Source: Podarcis tiliguerta (Eukaryota). Taken from it: a stretch of 64,000 bases of DNA. The stretch lies in NCBI GenBank assembly GCA_965153285.1, contig OZ229115.1. One strand, given 5' to 3'. The translations under genes were made by a program, and so were the position numbers. The notes below the pieces were generated by a model, which was given only the letters and a program-made list of their open reading frames with translations, made no database searches and was not told where the DNA came from. This document shows positions 1 to 13,408 of the stretch, in pieces; position 1 is the stretch's first letter, and each line of letters begins with the position of its first letter.

Positions 1-3000
1 ATAGTTTCTTCTGGTGGTTGATGGTATTTTAAATGTGTTTTCAGTGGTTTCTATCTTTACTATTTCTTTTTGCATTCATATATTTTTATGATTCCAGGCT
101 GCCTTGAGAATCTTTATCTTGAGAAGGCCCCCAAAGACAAGTTATAGATGATTTAATTAATCAATCAATCAATTAATTAATTAATTAATAGGTTTTCACC
201 TGAATTTGTGGCAGATCATTGTGGTTCAGTTTCTCATGGTGCATCTGCAATAAGGTTTACTTCACTTGTCCTGTACTTCACTGCAAAACAGAAGTACTAT
301 CTAGAAATAGGAGCACAGTCGATCCTTGCACAGCCTACAGTTTCTCAAGTCGGTGATACAGACAAAGAGACAAATGCAGTTCATATACTGATGTTATACA
401 GTTAACAACAAACATGTGGGCATATCCTTAGGCTCCAAAATTACCTTTTAGTAATGTATATCAACAACAGCAACATAATGTAATTATAGGAGATCATCAA
501 CTGTAATTTATACATAGTGATATGTTAATGCAAACATGCAGTGGAACTAAAGTGCATATCAATTATTTTGTAGACACAATGATCAAAAATTAACAATGGG
601 TTTTTTTTAATGCAATGAAGAAAGTATTTCATTTTTATACCTTTTCATAATTCTTTGGCCAAACTCCAAATATTAATTGTTATTAACTGTGGGTCGTGTT
701 TAGTAGTCAACCTTGGAAGTCATGCAAGCCAGGGATTTTTCGGGGCTTTCTAGCTTTTGAAATAAAGAAAGAATGTTTGGGCCTTTAGGGAAATTTAATA
801 TTAGACTACTGCTGTCTATAAAATGTGAGTTTCTGCGAATGCTTAATTGTGCATCTGTAAAGGAAAGATTAATGTAATGTTGTGTATAATATATATACCT
901 CAAGTCTGCCAAACATTTCTGTTTTGAATACGCACAATAAAAAAAAGTGTATCCAGTTTCTCTTTAAACAAAAGTTTTTTATAAGCCATTAAGGTAAACA
1001 GAAGCCTTGCAGTTTGCCTTAGAAACAGTGAAACCATAGTGGCCTGTATATACACTGATGTATCACAATAAAAATAAAAATTGGTATGCCACTAGTGCTG
1101 TTTGAGGCCATGAAACAGGGAAACAAAGCCAGCACTGCTTTGACGTATGTTCCTGTGTGTGCTAATATGTACATGCATGTGGGCAAAAACTTCATATCTG
1201 GGGATAGAAGAGAGTTTGATGATCTGTTGTGTGCATAGACAAGTTGGTCTCAGTACTGTTCAAGTGGAAGTGGAGGATCATTCTTTCAGTGCAGGTTGGT
1301 GCTTCGAGGAGGAGCATATGTAACCTTATTTTAAAGAGGCCATGTTATTCATGTCTACTCAGAAATAACACTCACTGAGTTCAGTGAGATTTCCTCTCAT
1401 GGAAGCGGATATTGGTTTGCAGCCCTGTCATCTGTGTGTGAGAGGGGAGGGGGAGATTCTATTTTTCCCTCAATATCTGCCTCGGCTTTTTTAATCCGCT
1501 CAGGCATTTTTAATTGCATCCACATAATTCTCCAGTCTTGACTTATGCATTGAGCTTGGCAAACATAACTAAAGTCAGTTGAGAAGTTGGAATGAAGCCC
1601 TCACATATGTTCTAGCTGTAGGCTCCATCATAATGCTCAACATACACGTAATGTTGAGAAGCCAGCTGGAAGCTCCCCATTGTCGATTAGTTTGAGCAGG
1701 GTTCTTTATTCCAGTCTTTTGGAAATTATTTCCATCTGCCCTGCGTTCTCCAAATCCTGTGATAGTTCGTAAGAATAGAATTATTGGTTTAGGCCTAGAT
1801 TTACAACCTATGGTATCTTCCTGTAGAGTGCTGTAGAGTTCTGAAATTCCCAAGCAACTTAGTGTCTTTGAAAACGACTTTACATGGATCCCAAGTCTAG
1901 CAGTTAAAATGTAAATCAGGAAGTCTCTTCTCCAAAACTTGCCACAGCCACAAACTCATCAGGTGACGTGGGGAAATTACTTTCAGATCCAGCCTCCTTA
2001 ATAGAATCATGAGATGCCAAACTCACTGGCCTCTTTTAAGATTCCACAATTATTTAAGGTTATTGTTGCAAAGCTGACACTCCTACTTATTAGGCAGAGC
2101 ATGGCACAGCAGTAGCTCTGTTGGTGCAGGGGGACAGAGACAGTGGAGATGTTGCACTTGTCAGGATGGGGATAGCGGTGGCGATCAGGAGAGCCTCATG
2201 GTGACAACCCCACAGGTGTGCACATACCTGCTGGGCAACCGTCACCAACTCAAAGCTCTCTCAACCTCGCTGCCAGTACCACCACCCCCACTCTTGATAA
2301 GCATAGGGGCACTGGGAGGATGCCACTGGCTCCACCTCTCTTCACAAGCTGCCATTGGTGAGGCAGCTGCCTCAGATGGCTGATGCAAAGGTGTTTAAGG
2401 TGATGTTTAAGGTGAACAAATATTCTACAGACTTTACTACTTTCAGATGCAGTGTAGGACACTGCTTGGTGGGCACGGCAGGTCAGGGGAGCAAAACACA
2501 CACCCTGTCGGGGGGGCCTTTGCTCCCCATCACCAGTTTCCCCAGAAACAGGTCTTCTAATTTGGGGACAGGGAGAGATAAACAAGTGAGATTGTTTAAC
2601 GTTTTTTGAGGGGTACTCACAAGTACTTTAGGGGAATTCTCACAAAAATCCAATTATTTCTGAGGCAAAGAGGAAGGTGTTTGCCATTCTCTAACTGGAG
2701 GGCCTATTTTTCCCTAAAGAGATTTTAGGGGATTTCAGAAACACAAATTGCAATATCACTGGAAAGCAGCCTGCATTCAAAAGCAGAACTATAGCAGGCA
2801 CATTTTTTCTGCTTCTAATTCTGTATTATTTTCAAAATTAGCTGTGGGTTTGTGTAGATGAAGTCATCTAGTGGAGAAGGAGCAAACTCTGAATACTCTC
2901 CAACAGTGGGAACTATATAGTATGCTGTTTTCAGTTGCATATTACAGTATATAAATCACCCTTTCATATATGTCAGGCGTATGAAATCTGTGGGCCTCCA

Positions 3001-3117
3001 GATTTTGATGAACTACAACCCCCATCAGCCTTGTTCAGCCAGTATGGGCTATGGTCAGGGAAGATAGGACTTGTGATTCAGCAACTTCTAGAGGGCCACT
3101 TACGTTACCAATATATA

Positions 3118-3638
3118 CCGTATTTTTTGCCCTATAGGACGCACTTTTTCCCCTCCAAAAATGAAGGGGAAATGTGTGTGTGTGTCCTATGGGGCAAATG
3201 CAGGCTTTCGCTGAAGCCTGGAGAGCGAGAGGGGTCGGTGCGCACCAACCCCTCTCGCTCTCCGGGCTTCAGGAAGCTATCCGCAAGCCTTGCAAGCCCG
3301 GTGGGAGTTCCCGCGGGCTCGCAAGGCTTGTGGGCAGCAGCCTGCAGTCCACAAGCTCGGGGGACAGTGGGGAGGCGCAGTGCGCCTTCCCGCTGTTCCC
3401 CGACCTGGTTTGGAGGTTGGCGCTGGAGAGAAGCGCGCTTCTCCCCAGCGCCAGCCCCACAAGCTCGGGGGACAGTGGGGAGGCGGAGCGCCGCCATCCC
3501 GCTGTTCCCCGACCTGGTTTCGATTCCCCGACCTGGTTTTGGGGGGAAAATAAAGGGGGGGAATTCCTTTATTTTCCCCCCCAAAAAAAACTAGGTGCGT
3601 CCTATGGGCCGGTGCGCCGTATGGGACGAAAAATACGA
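3118..3638. mobile_element. Non-autonomous Tc1/mariner (Tc2/pogo-like) element
   Basis: TA|ccgtattttt...aaaaatacga|TA with subterminal repeats ctataggacgcac / gtgcgtcctatggg. CpG-rich interior with hairpins and a duplicated unit. Confidence 0.85.
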
Positions 3639-3866
3639 TATTTAATGCATTTGGCACTATTAATCATACTTGCACATTTCTAACTCATTCCAGTGGGGTT
3701 TGTGCCAGAGAGGATCCCAGGAAAATGTGTCCATGTATGGTTGAAATTAAACATGGGTCAATTGGGTTCATGTACTATTTTGCAACAAAATTGTATCAAA
3801 AATATTTGGAAATGAGAAAAACATAACTATCACAATGCATATTACTTCAGATTACATGCGCATTGT

Positions 3867-3990
3867 ACATTTAAACCACATACACCAAGAATCCTGGGAA
3901 CTGTAGTTTACTCCTTACAAAGCTACACTTCCCAGCACCCTTAACAAACTACAGTTCCCAGAATTCTTTGGGTGGGTGTGCTTTAAATGC
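3867..3990. mobile_element. Palindromic MITE
   Basis: catttaaa...caagaatcctgggaactgtagttt / aaactacagttcccagaattcttt...tttaaatg inverted arms. Confidence 0.7.
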
Positions 3991-4823
3991 ATTGTTTGTG
4001 GCAGCCTTCCTGCTGGCTTCCAGTACGTAAAAGTTACATTTAGCTGAAATTTGTTCCCTTTCCTATACTGGGAGGCATAAATTATATAAAGGCTTGTCAT
4101 TTCAGACACCAGTGATTTATTCAATGCTTACAATGCTCTAGGTTATCAGAGTTTTGAAACTTCCCCAGCTTATATTAGTACTCATAATTATTAAGTATGA
4201 GTAGTAAGACTGTAAACTAACTGTGCACCTGTTTGTAATTAATGCAGAGTGGCAGTTTTTAGCTGCAAATAGCACTTGTGGCTCATTCATTGGCACTAAA
4301 GACTAGCAGGGACTTTACTTATCCGTTAAAAGATAATAACACAGCACTTTATAAATGAGCTACAGTATAAGCATATGTATGCAGAGAGAGAATACTTTCA
4401 CGACTGTATCCTGAAATCACTAGCTGTATTCTCACATTCTTACTGAGGCCAGGAACAGAGCAGAACAAGAACCATACTGATAACACATGGTTTATTTGGG
4501 CTGGGATTGTGCTGATTCAGAACAACCATCCTACTGACTACCAGCCTTTCAAGCGATAAAGCCTATGTATGCTTACTCAAAGGTAAGTCCCACTGAACTG
4601 AATAGGCCTTACTCCTAAATATGTGTGCATGAGTTTGCAACCAGGCAGCCTGATCCTATTCAGAGTTCAGCTCAGATTTTCCTCTGATGTGTTAGCTTTA
4701 AACAAGTAGGTGTTTATAAAGGAAGGAAACATTTAAAGCAGCTATGTGTAATTCTGTATGCCTAATTGTATTAATCTGTTGTACAGTCTCTTGTTTCCCA
4801 GCCTTACCTTTTTGTGAGGTTAC

Positions 4824-4949
4824 TTCATTTTATCCTCACAACAACCCTGTGAGCTAATGTTTCTGTGGGCTTTACTGAGAAGGAATTTGAACCCAGGTTT
4901 TGTTGACTTCAGTTCATTTCAATGCTAACCATTACACCATACCAGCTCT
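4824..4949 (-). mobile_element. MIR/CORE-like SINE fragment
   Basis: atcctcacaacaaccctgtgag...ggaatttgaacccagg...ctaaccattacaccataccagctct. Confidence 0.6.
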
Positions 4950-5008
4950 TCATGGGAAACCTGCATTCTGAATGGCCCTGTTCTGGGAATAACAAATGAT
5001 AACGAATA

Positions 5009-5830
5009 TGTGCTCTATGCAGGGCTACCCTTGAAGACACTTCAACTCTTTCAAAACACAACAGCCAAATTACTGGCTGGGGTTGTCTTTAGAATGTATA
5101 CAACCGCTCTTCTGAAACAGCTGCATTGGCTGCTGGTTCATTTCTGAGCCCAGTTCAAGGTGCTCATTCTAAACGGCTTAGGCCCAAAATGTCTACTTCC
5201 CTACAGACCCTCTTGGACAGGGGTCCCCAAACTAAGGCCTGTGGGCCGGATAAGGCTCGAGGGACTTGTTTATCCAGCCCGCGGCAACCCCTGCCGCCTG
5301 CTGCCGCCACCTGCTCTTACCGGCACTGCGCTGAGTGGCTGCCCACTTCCGGGTCGCAAGCGTTATTTCCTGTGCACATCCGGGTCGGAGTAGGCCCATG
5401 CACATAAGCTATTTTCGGTGCTCCTCCAACCCAGAAGTGTGGCAGAAATAGCGTGTGCACACACGTATAGGCACGCACTCCCCCGCCCTCCGGCCCGCTG
5501 TGTGATCAGCATTGGAGACACCGGCCCAGGGCGTGGTAAGTTTGCTGACCCCAGTAGGTAGGGCTCTCTTGGTAGTTCCATTGCTCTCAGAAGGGTGGCA
5601 GAGGCCCAGAAGAGGGCAGTTGTGCTATTCACTCCCCATAGAGGTGCACATGCATTATACATCTTTCTGGGAATGCTGAAAGACACACCTGTTAACCCTG
5701 GTCTTTGACATCTGAGATGTGTGTTTTCAGAATCTACCCTACTCCTGTGACTATAATTTGTTTAAACTGTTTTGATTCTGGATTTTAGATTGTTGTAACC
5801 CGCTCCAAAACCCGGTGAAGGGTTGGTAAT
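5009..5830 (+). mobile_element. L2 LINE fragment, interrupted by a hAT-type MITE at 5218-5554
   Basis: gctctatgcagggctacccttgaag (ALY.GLPLK), cagctgcattggctg (QLHWL), gcccagttcaaggtgct (AQFKVL), and tail ttgtaacccgc...gaagggttggtaat. Confidence 0.65.
5218..5554. mobile_element. hAT-type MITE related to 20350-20666
   Basis: caggggtccccaaact / agtttgctgaccccag imperfect TIRs, with shared subterminal ctaaggcc..tgggcc and accggcccagg. Confidence 0.8.
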
Positions 5831-6219
5831 CAGTATGATGAGGATGATGATGTACTTCCTCCAAGCACCAGCATCAGGTGCTCTTGGGGCTGGCTCTTAT
5901 GCTACTCAACAAAAGTTGACATTGAATCCTAATGCAGCCTTGCAATTAATTAGCCACTTCCCCATTTCTCCATGGTGAGTAATGATTCCTTCTGGGCAAG
6001 CAGTTAGCCAGGTGCACTCTGCAAAGCACACTCTGCTCCCAATTCCTCCAGTGTATTGAAAAGTTTTTGTACTTATCTGGAAGGTTGCATTAATGAAACT
6101 AATGTTAACTACTAACAGACTTAGGTGATATTCAAGGATTTGGAAGTACCATAAACACATTAGAGTATGTGCAGTATTTTAATGCGCCATTAATAGGCAT
6201 TTACCGGTAACTGCACATA

Positions 6220-6445
6220 CAGTGGTACCTTGGGTTACATACGCTTCAGGTTACAGATTCCGCTAACCCAGAAATATTACCTCAGGTTAAGAACTTTGCT
6301 TCAGGATGAGAACAGAAATTGTGTGGCGGGGGCACAGCAGCAGCAGGAGGCCCCATTAGCTAAAGTGGTGCTTCAGGTTAAGAACAGTTTCAGATTAAGA
6401 ACAGACCTCTGGAACAAATTAAGTTCTTAACCTGAGGTACCACTG
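6220..6445 (+). mobile_element. Tc1/mariner (Tigger/pogo-like) MITE, family A
   Basis: TA|cagtggtacct...aggtaccactg|TA terminal inverted repeats and TA TSD. Four related copies in the window. Confidence 0.9.
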
Positions 6446-7079
6446 TATTTGAAACACCTTTCTCTCCCTCTTTCCTCTTCCGGTGAATGCCCTGCCCTTT
6501 GCTGATTTTAAGTGGCTTACTGCTAGGGGCCCATCTCAGCTTCTGTGGGTGAAAGCAAGTGTAGTGGAAGTGGCTTCGACACATACTCTGTGGCAGAGAA
6601 CGCGTGTCAAGACCATGTGCGCCACATTTTGAATGTGTGTTTGCCTATTGTTTGTACAATGCCAGGTGCACAGCTGGTGCATTAGGTGATGGTGGTAGAC
6701 ATGACCCAGCCAAGGCAGGAGAGAATTAAGCTAATCCTTATGTCTCCTTCCATTGAAATCAATGGACCTTCAAGAGAATAACATAATACGTAGATGGCCT
6801 AGAGATGATGTTTATTTCTAAGGGATAATGACATTAATGAACAATGTTGATGCAAAAATAACACTGAACAAGTTTATGCAGAGCACATGTGTATTTGTAA
6901 TGTGCCTATTCTTTTCACACATCCTGTGGTTATTTTCCTGTGTGTCTGTTTTGCTTAAAACACAAGTCCCTGCTCTCTTCCCCATCCACTTCCATAACTC
7001 TCCAATAACCACGATACGTTTGGAACACACAGTGCAGCGGTAACACAAATGTGGTAGTGATGGTGGTGGTTTAAAAGTC

Positions 7080-8050
7080 TGGCGATGGCCCCCTTGGCAT
7101 TAACAGGAGGAGGAGGAGGCGAAGGCTATTGGGGCAAGCAGCCTTGGAGCACCCCTGTTCTCAGGGACTTTCCTCCCCAGGCTCAGCGGCTGCTTACCTT
7201 CGCCAGCCCGTGCAGAGCGTAGGTTTTGTGCCTTCCCTTTGCCCGTGGTGTGTGTGTGTGTCTGCTAGAGACAAGCGCGCTGCAGCAAAGTCGTGCTCTG
7301 CTTGCAAGTGACCGGATTCCGGCAGCCGCGCCGTGAACGTCACTTTCCCCCTCCTACGTGCCTCGCTCGCTCCGTCTAGACTTTTTTTTTTCCCCGCCGC
7401 CGCCGCTTTCCTCCCCCCCCCCCCCGCCCAATTCAACCTGCATTACAAGGCGCTTGCCCACAGTAAGGAAAAGGACTGTTTTCGTGTTTTTCTCCCCACT
7501 TTTAAGCTACTCGGATTCCTTAAAAACAACAGTTGTTTAGAAATCTCCAGAGGGAGCACTGCGGGGCAGGCGCCCAGCCGCCCGCCCCGTCCAGCGTCCT
7601 CGCTCTCGCTTTCTCCAAAGCGACCTGCGGCGGGAGCGATGCGGGACTCGCTGCTGCGATCAATCATCTGGGCGATTCTCCTCCGTGCTTAAACTTCCAT
7701 TATTCAGCTGAATGTTGGCGGGTGGGTAGTGGTTTGGGGTTTTAAATATATATATATATATATTTAAATATATATATATAAATATAAATGCACGATGGAC
7801 TGCGGCAAAAAAGGCACTTGATGGAGCCCCCTGAATTCTGCAGCAGCAGGAACGGCTGGCAGTGAAGGGGCAAACCAGCAGCCCGGACTGGATCCTTCCC
7901 TTTCCTCGTCCTGGGTTTTCTCGGCTCTGCCTTTCCAAGGGACTGCAGAACAAGCGCTGGGATTTACACGAGGATTCGGTTCTGTACCCGAAGCTCCGTT
8001 TTATGTGTTTTGCAATTGTTGTATGTGCGTGGCGTGTGTGTGTGTCGCTT
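7080..8050. promoter_or_regulatory. Orphan CpG island ~21 kb upstream of NFIA exon 1 (promoter or enhancer)
   Basis: Abrupt rise in CpG/GC content with no TE hallmarks, and splice-donor motifs on both strands. Confidence 0.65.
7741..7788. repeat. (TA)n tract with perfect palindrome tttaaa(ta)8tttaaa
   Basis: Direct reading. 7741-7768 is self-complementary. Confidence 0.9.
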
Positions 8051-8232
8051 ATTGTCTTTTGCGTTCGTTTATGTTCTCTGTATCGCTTTTCCCCACCGAT
8101 TTTGGAAAATATTTCAGATGGTGGCAATTATATGTTAACTCTATTTTTTTTAAAAAAAGAAACCCACTCTTCTCTTGGGGGTTTGTGATGGGGTGGATCG
8201 GGAGGCGATGGGATCCTAAGCACTACAATCCT

Positions 8233-8263
<31 letters not shown>
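8233..8263. repeat. (CA)n microsatellite
   Basis: Direct reading. Confidence 0.95.
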
Positions 8264-9564
8264 ACTTTGAAGGAAATGTCAATATAACTGTGTGTGTTAA
8301 GGAGCGAGGTGTTTTATTTGCTGCCTGGGGCTGCAGGGCGATCGATTCAAAATGCCCTTGCTGCACATCCAATGACGGTGTAATAAAATAAAATAATAAT
8401 AATCATATGCTGTGACCTATGCGACTCCCTGGTCAATATCCCCTTGATGCTGATGATACTAGGGAGAGGCGCAGAGATAATGCTGACCCAGCTATTTACC
8501 CCTCTCCTTTGAATATATACCACTCTCTTCTGACATGAGGACTAAAAAGCTGCTGTTTTGCACTCCCACTTTCTTTAATACTGGCCATGGGGTGGGGGGC
8601 GAGACCTAATGGGAAAGCAAAGGATGTTGAAAAGGATCATTCCGTAGAAATACTTTTAAGTGACAGGTCAAACCATTCTGGAAGGTAGATCCTTGAGTGT
8701 AGGGGGGAAAAATCCAATGGGTAAAAATGTCTCCCATTCACAAAAAAGAATGGCAGAGTCTCTCTACTAGGTAGATAGCATGCCGCAGACTGCCAGCCAC
8801 AAGAGCTAATTGTGGTATCAGTAAAACCTAATAACACACTGGCAAGTCTAATATTAAACCCCACCTCATTGTTCACTTCTATGTCAACTTCCTAAAAAAA
8901 TAATGTAAGTATGGCTTTAAGAGAGTTGAACTGTAGAACAAACTAGAAGCGAGCACCTGCCAGTTCTACCCATCTGCAGGCTCCAAGGCTTGCAGCGTTT
9001 CTTCCTCGAATAACCGTCCAAATCTGAGGATTATAATTAATGGCTGAGGTGTAAAGAAAGACACGGGGATGGGGAGTGGGTGTCCCCCTCCTGCTGAAAA
9101 ATAAAAAGCTGCACATTCTCATTTAACCATTTTAAAGGATATGTTTTGCTGCATGCAAAAATTGGAAAATGGATTCTTGAAGTTGTTAATAATAATAATA
9201 ATAATAATTTAAAAAAATAGACCCAGAAGATGAATTCTGTTTGTATGTGGATGTTGGTGTATCAAATTTAATCAACATACACAAATTGAGCCAAATTGTC
9301 CCTGTTTAATTCCTATGTGGCCCATTCCTAAGACTCGCTGCATCTGCAGGCGCTTAGCACTGGATGAACCAACACCAGCAACCTCATAGTGCTGTACCAG
9401 TGGTACAACTGTGTTGCACTGGTGTAGCCAGCATCTATGGTGGTACACAGGGGCCTGTCGTTTTGCATATTTATGTTGTTTTTAGGTATTTGGGGGGATG
9501 TTTTTAAAACTATGCTTTCACTGGAATATTCTACTTTGAAATGAAAGCTAACCACCAGTTGAGA

Positions 9565-9574
9565 CTTTCTTTCT

Positions 9575-9617
<43 letters not shown>
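9565..9617. repeat. (TTTC)n microsatellite
   Basis: Direct reading. Confidence 0.95.
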
Positions 9618-12600
9618 CTGTCTGTCGCTAGTACTGATACATATTCAAAAAGTATAGCTTTGAAATTAGTTTAAAATATGTTTCAAAAATGCAATAGTCC
9701 GTCACAGAATGCAATATTGCGTATGACGCAACTGCTGTGTTTGTAGGCCAGACCGTGACCGTACCAGGCATTTCAGTGCAGCAGTTCAAAGTATTCTATA
9801 GCTCAGTTGTATGCATATTGCCTCAGTAGTAACGTCCATGAAATTTAATGGGGCTGACTAATGTAGGTGTGCACAGGAATGCAGCCTGAGACAAACATTT
9901 CAGACCCAGAAATTAACATGCATTGATTTAGATGTTATCTTGTCACCTGAATCCTAAGAACATTTAAGTGGATGCAAATCCCATTGATTGAGATGGGATT
10001 TACACCTGCATAATTATTCTCAGGATCATAGCCCCAGGCATCATTCATTTATAAAATGTCTTAGTCATGATCTTAGCTACTGAAGGAGATGCATATATTA
10101 AAATATAAATATTGAATCTTCTGAAAATATATTTACAGAACAAATCTGTATGGAAAAATTGAATGCGACTTTTAAAAAAATAGACGTTTAATTCTTATTT
10201 TTATGTAAATGCATTAACGAGGTCATGTGAAGGCAGAAGGCAGAATAGTATGTCCAATGATGGTTTGTTTTTTTTAAGAAACCTTTATATTATAAAAATT
10301 ATTTCGTCTTGTTCTGAGTTACAGTGCAATGCTATACATGTGTACTAAGAAGTAGCTTCCATTGAATTAAATGAGATGTGTATTGGGTGCGTATAGGAAT
10401 ATTATAATTTTTTTTGTAAGTGTCCATGGAATCAAGTGTCTATCTGTAAAAGCTGTCTGTGTTTTTTGGCTAATCCTAATCATCATTAACATGTATATTA
10501 ACTTTATTAATTTAAAAAGTGTAGCACATTTAAAGTTCCTTAAACTCCACTGTATGGTAAACTGTTTTTCTTTTCTATGCACTGAAATTTGCACCAAAAA
10601 TTTATGTTTCTGTTTATAACTTAGGTTCTGAATTAGAGAAAATAAGACTTCTAAAATATATAATTTTCCCTATTTCCATAATGGGGTGGGGTGGGGAATA
10701 TACGCTTTTTCACACTTTGAACGTACACACTTCCTTCATGTTATACATCTCAATATATAGGTTTGGTTCAACTTCTAGTTTTAAAGGCCAGTTTAGAGCC
10801 AGGCATTGTGATACATAACCAGCAGTGATAAAATAACTGCTGGAACTTAGTACCTTATCTCTCCCTGAATATACAGTGGGTAGTATCCGCTGTATCATAC
10901 TCTCAAGTAGACAAACTGAAAACAACTTAAGTCCTTTAACTTCAATGGAAATACTCTTGAGTATAATTTATTACCCAGTTTCTTTAGGGCACAAGGTTTG
11001 CCCCAATAAGTTATGGTACTTAAGGAAGTTGAAAATATGACTTGAAGATCATCGCCATTGGAAAAATGCTCTGCCATTTCTCATATGAATTTTGTTGTCT
11101 ATTTATGAGAAAGTAGCAAGTATGGGGACAACTAAATAGTAACCCGCTAGGTTTGTCACTTCTTTGTCATTGGCTGGGATCATCATAATTAGGGTTGAAA
11201 GGTAGCATTCTAGATATTTTCCAGTTTTCACAAACCCATGTTGCTCTTCCATACTGTTCTGTTGGGTGAGATTATCTTGCTTATATCAGTTATCTTGTTA
11301 CAATCTACATTTTTGCCTCAATTCTAGAATTTCAGATTCAATAGCATATAAAGTAGCAAACAACTATAAAAGGCAGACAAAACTAGTCGGTTCGCTTTTT
11401 TGACACTGTAGCAAAATAGTCACATAAATCAGCCATTTAATCACCATAGTCCATAAATACAGTTTGCAGTAATTATGCCTCTTAAAAACATTGTGCATTT
11501 TGAAACATATTTTACTGCAGTTTTTCTGTTTGTTTTCTTATTGCAGTGAATATATATAAGAACAGGCCTCAGATTATCTTATTATGTATAGATTTGTAAG
11601 CCAATTTGACAAATTTGAGTTGTAACTTGCTTTTAACTAATAAATTTAAAAATGTAAAATTTATTATTAAATAACACAACATTCCATAATTTTATCCCGA
11701 GGATATGATTTCTATTCGTGAAACAATAGCAAATTCTATGTAAAACTATCAACCCCATTGCTGGACTCAAAAGATTTATAACCATGCTATATACATTGAT
11801 CTCCTTTTTACAGGGACAGTCCTGATTAAATATCCACATTTTTTTAATGTGCAATGAAAGGTTTCATTGATTATTTGTACCAATAACTGATAAATGCTCT
11901 TAGTATAGTAATAATTAGCTTTTAGTGCTAATTATTTATAACTTGACACAATATAAAATTATTGATCTGGAAAGCAAGACCTATTGGTAGCGTAAGAATA
12001 CAAATTTCTAAGTGCAGATAAATAATAAATTGTAACCATTGATATGGTAGAGTTGTTTGTGAAATAGTACAGCCCTTGGCTGGCTGGTTGGCTTGTTGTT
12101 TTTAAAGCCTCTCCAAAGAAAGATGGCTTGGTGTATTTTATTGATGGTATGGTTTAATGAAGAATTATTATATTCTCCATACGCCACAATTTATGTTCAA
12201 TCTTCAAATGTTTTTATTTTTCTTTGAAGCTACACTTTGGGTTTATAGTTTTCCAGATGGAAACTGATTTCAAAATACTACCCAAGCAGCACACTACATG
12301 TTAGACAGCAGCTGTATATTACAATGCCTCTGGAGTGCATGATTTGCACTGAACAAGGGGCAGAAGTGAGAGAGTGCTTAACTCTTCCCCATTCAGTTGC
12401 TTTCTCCCTGAAACTCCCAACTGCTTTCATCCTTCAGGGATCCAGACACTTGTTTGTGAAAAACAGAACTTCAGCCCTTCAGGGTTAAGGGTGGCTAGAT
12501 AGGGCTAGGTTTCAAGGGAAGGGTTCTCCAGTGCAAATCACCTCCTGCTGAGAATGCATTGCAACAGAGGAGGGACAATCTTGGGTCCCATGTATGTGGC

Positions 12601-13408
12601 TGCAGTGTAACATGTAGTTTGTCCTTTAAACACATAAAAATAAGTCATTTATTAGAGCTGCTCCAGGGACTGCTGCCTACCTAGAGAAGGCTGCCTGCTC
12701 TATCTTCTAAGAAAAGGTTGGCATCTTTTGCTGGGTGACGATGATAATCTCCACCTTAGAGTGAGGGATGCCAAGTCTTTTGATCATAAAGGATAAGAAT
12801 GAGTTTCTTTGTAAGTTTTTCGTGAAGTTATGAAGGAAGACGTGTCTGTCCTGTTACTACAAAGGCCTACTGTTTCCTATTTTGTTTGTTCCCCAATCTG
12901 GTTATTTAAGGCTGGAAACAAATGAGACCTTTATTTATAGAAATATCTCATTTGTAAGGATCAGTGCCAGCCTCCCCGTAGGATAGTAGACTTTGCAAGG
13001 TTCAGAGCTAGCTACTAACACCTGCAGTGTGAAAGATCAGTGCCACCATTAGCTACACACCCAAGTTCCAGGTCTGGAAAAAGTTGTTTAAAGATGGTCC
13101 TGCTAAAGCTTTGGCGCACCTCCAGTGTGATGGATCTGGATAACTATGAGGATATATAAAAATCATTTCAGTGTATTATTGTCATAAGAATGTGATGCAT
13201 CCAACGGTGATGCATTGAAAGAGCACTGGCAGCTCTGTGGATCATGCTCCTATGTTTATAGGACTCAGTTCACATGTGGCAGTGGGAAAATACCAACTCT
13301 TTTAATGGTGCAAATTTGTACTTTCTGGAGGAATCTGATCCAGATCAGGATACAAAAAAAGATAATAATGGGCATTGGGCATTAGTAATGCCCATTTACA
13401 TTAGTAAT

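Noticed and set aside
2861-2878. CTCF-like motifs at 2861 (-) and ~26203 (+)
   Set aside because: Several mismatches at high-information positions.
2935-3683. Overlapping 120-220-aa ORFs
   Set aside because: They fall in a GC-rich non-autonomous transposon with few stop codons. No transposase (DDE/HTH) motifs.
6230-6430. Similar peptides (LTQKYYL.LRTLLQDENRN...) at 6230 and 45556 suggesting a gene family
   Set aside because: Both are translations of the same MITE family, so the similarity is at the DNA-repeat level.
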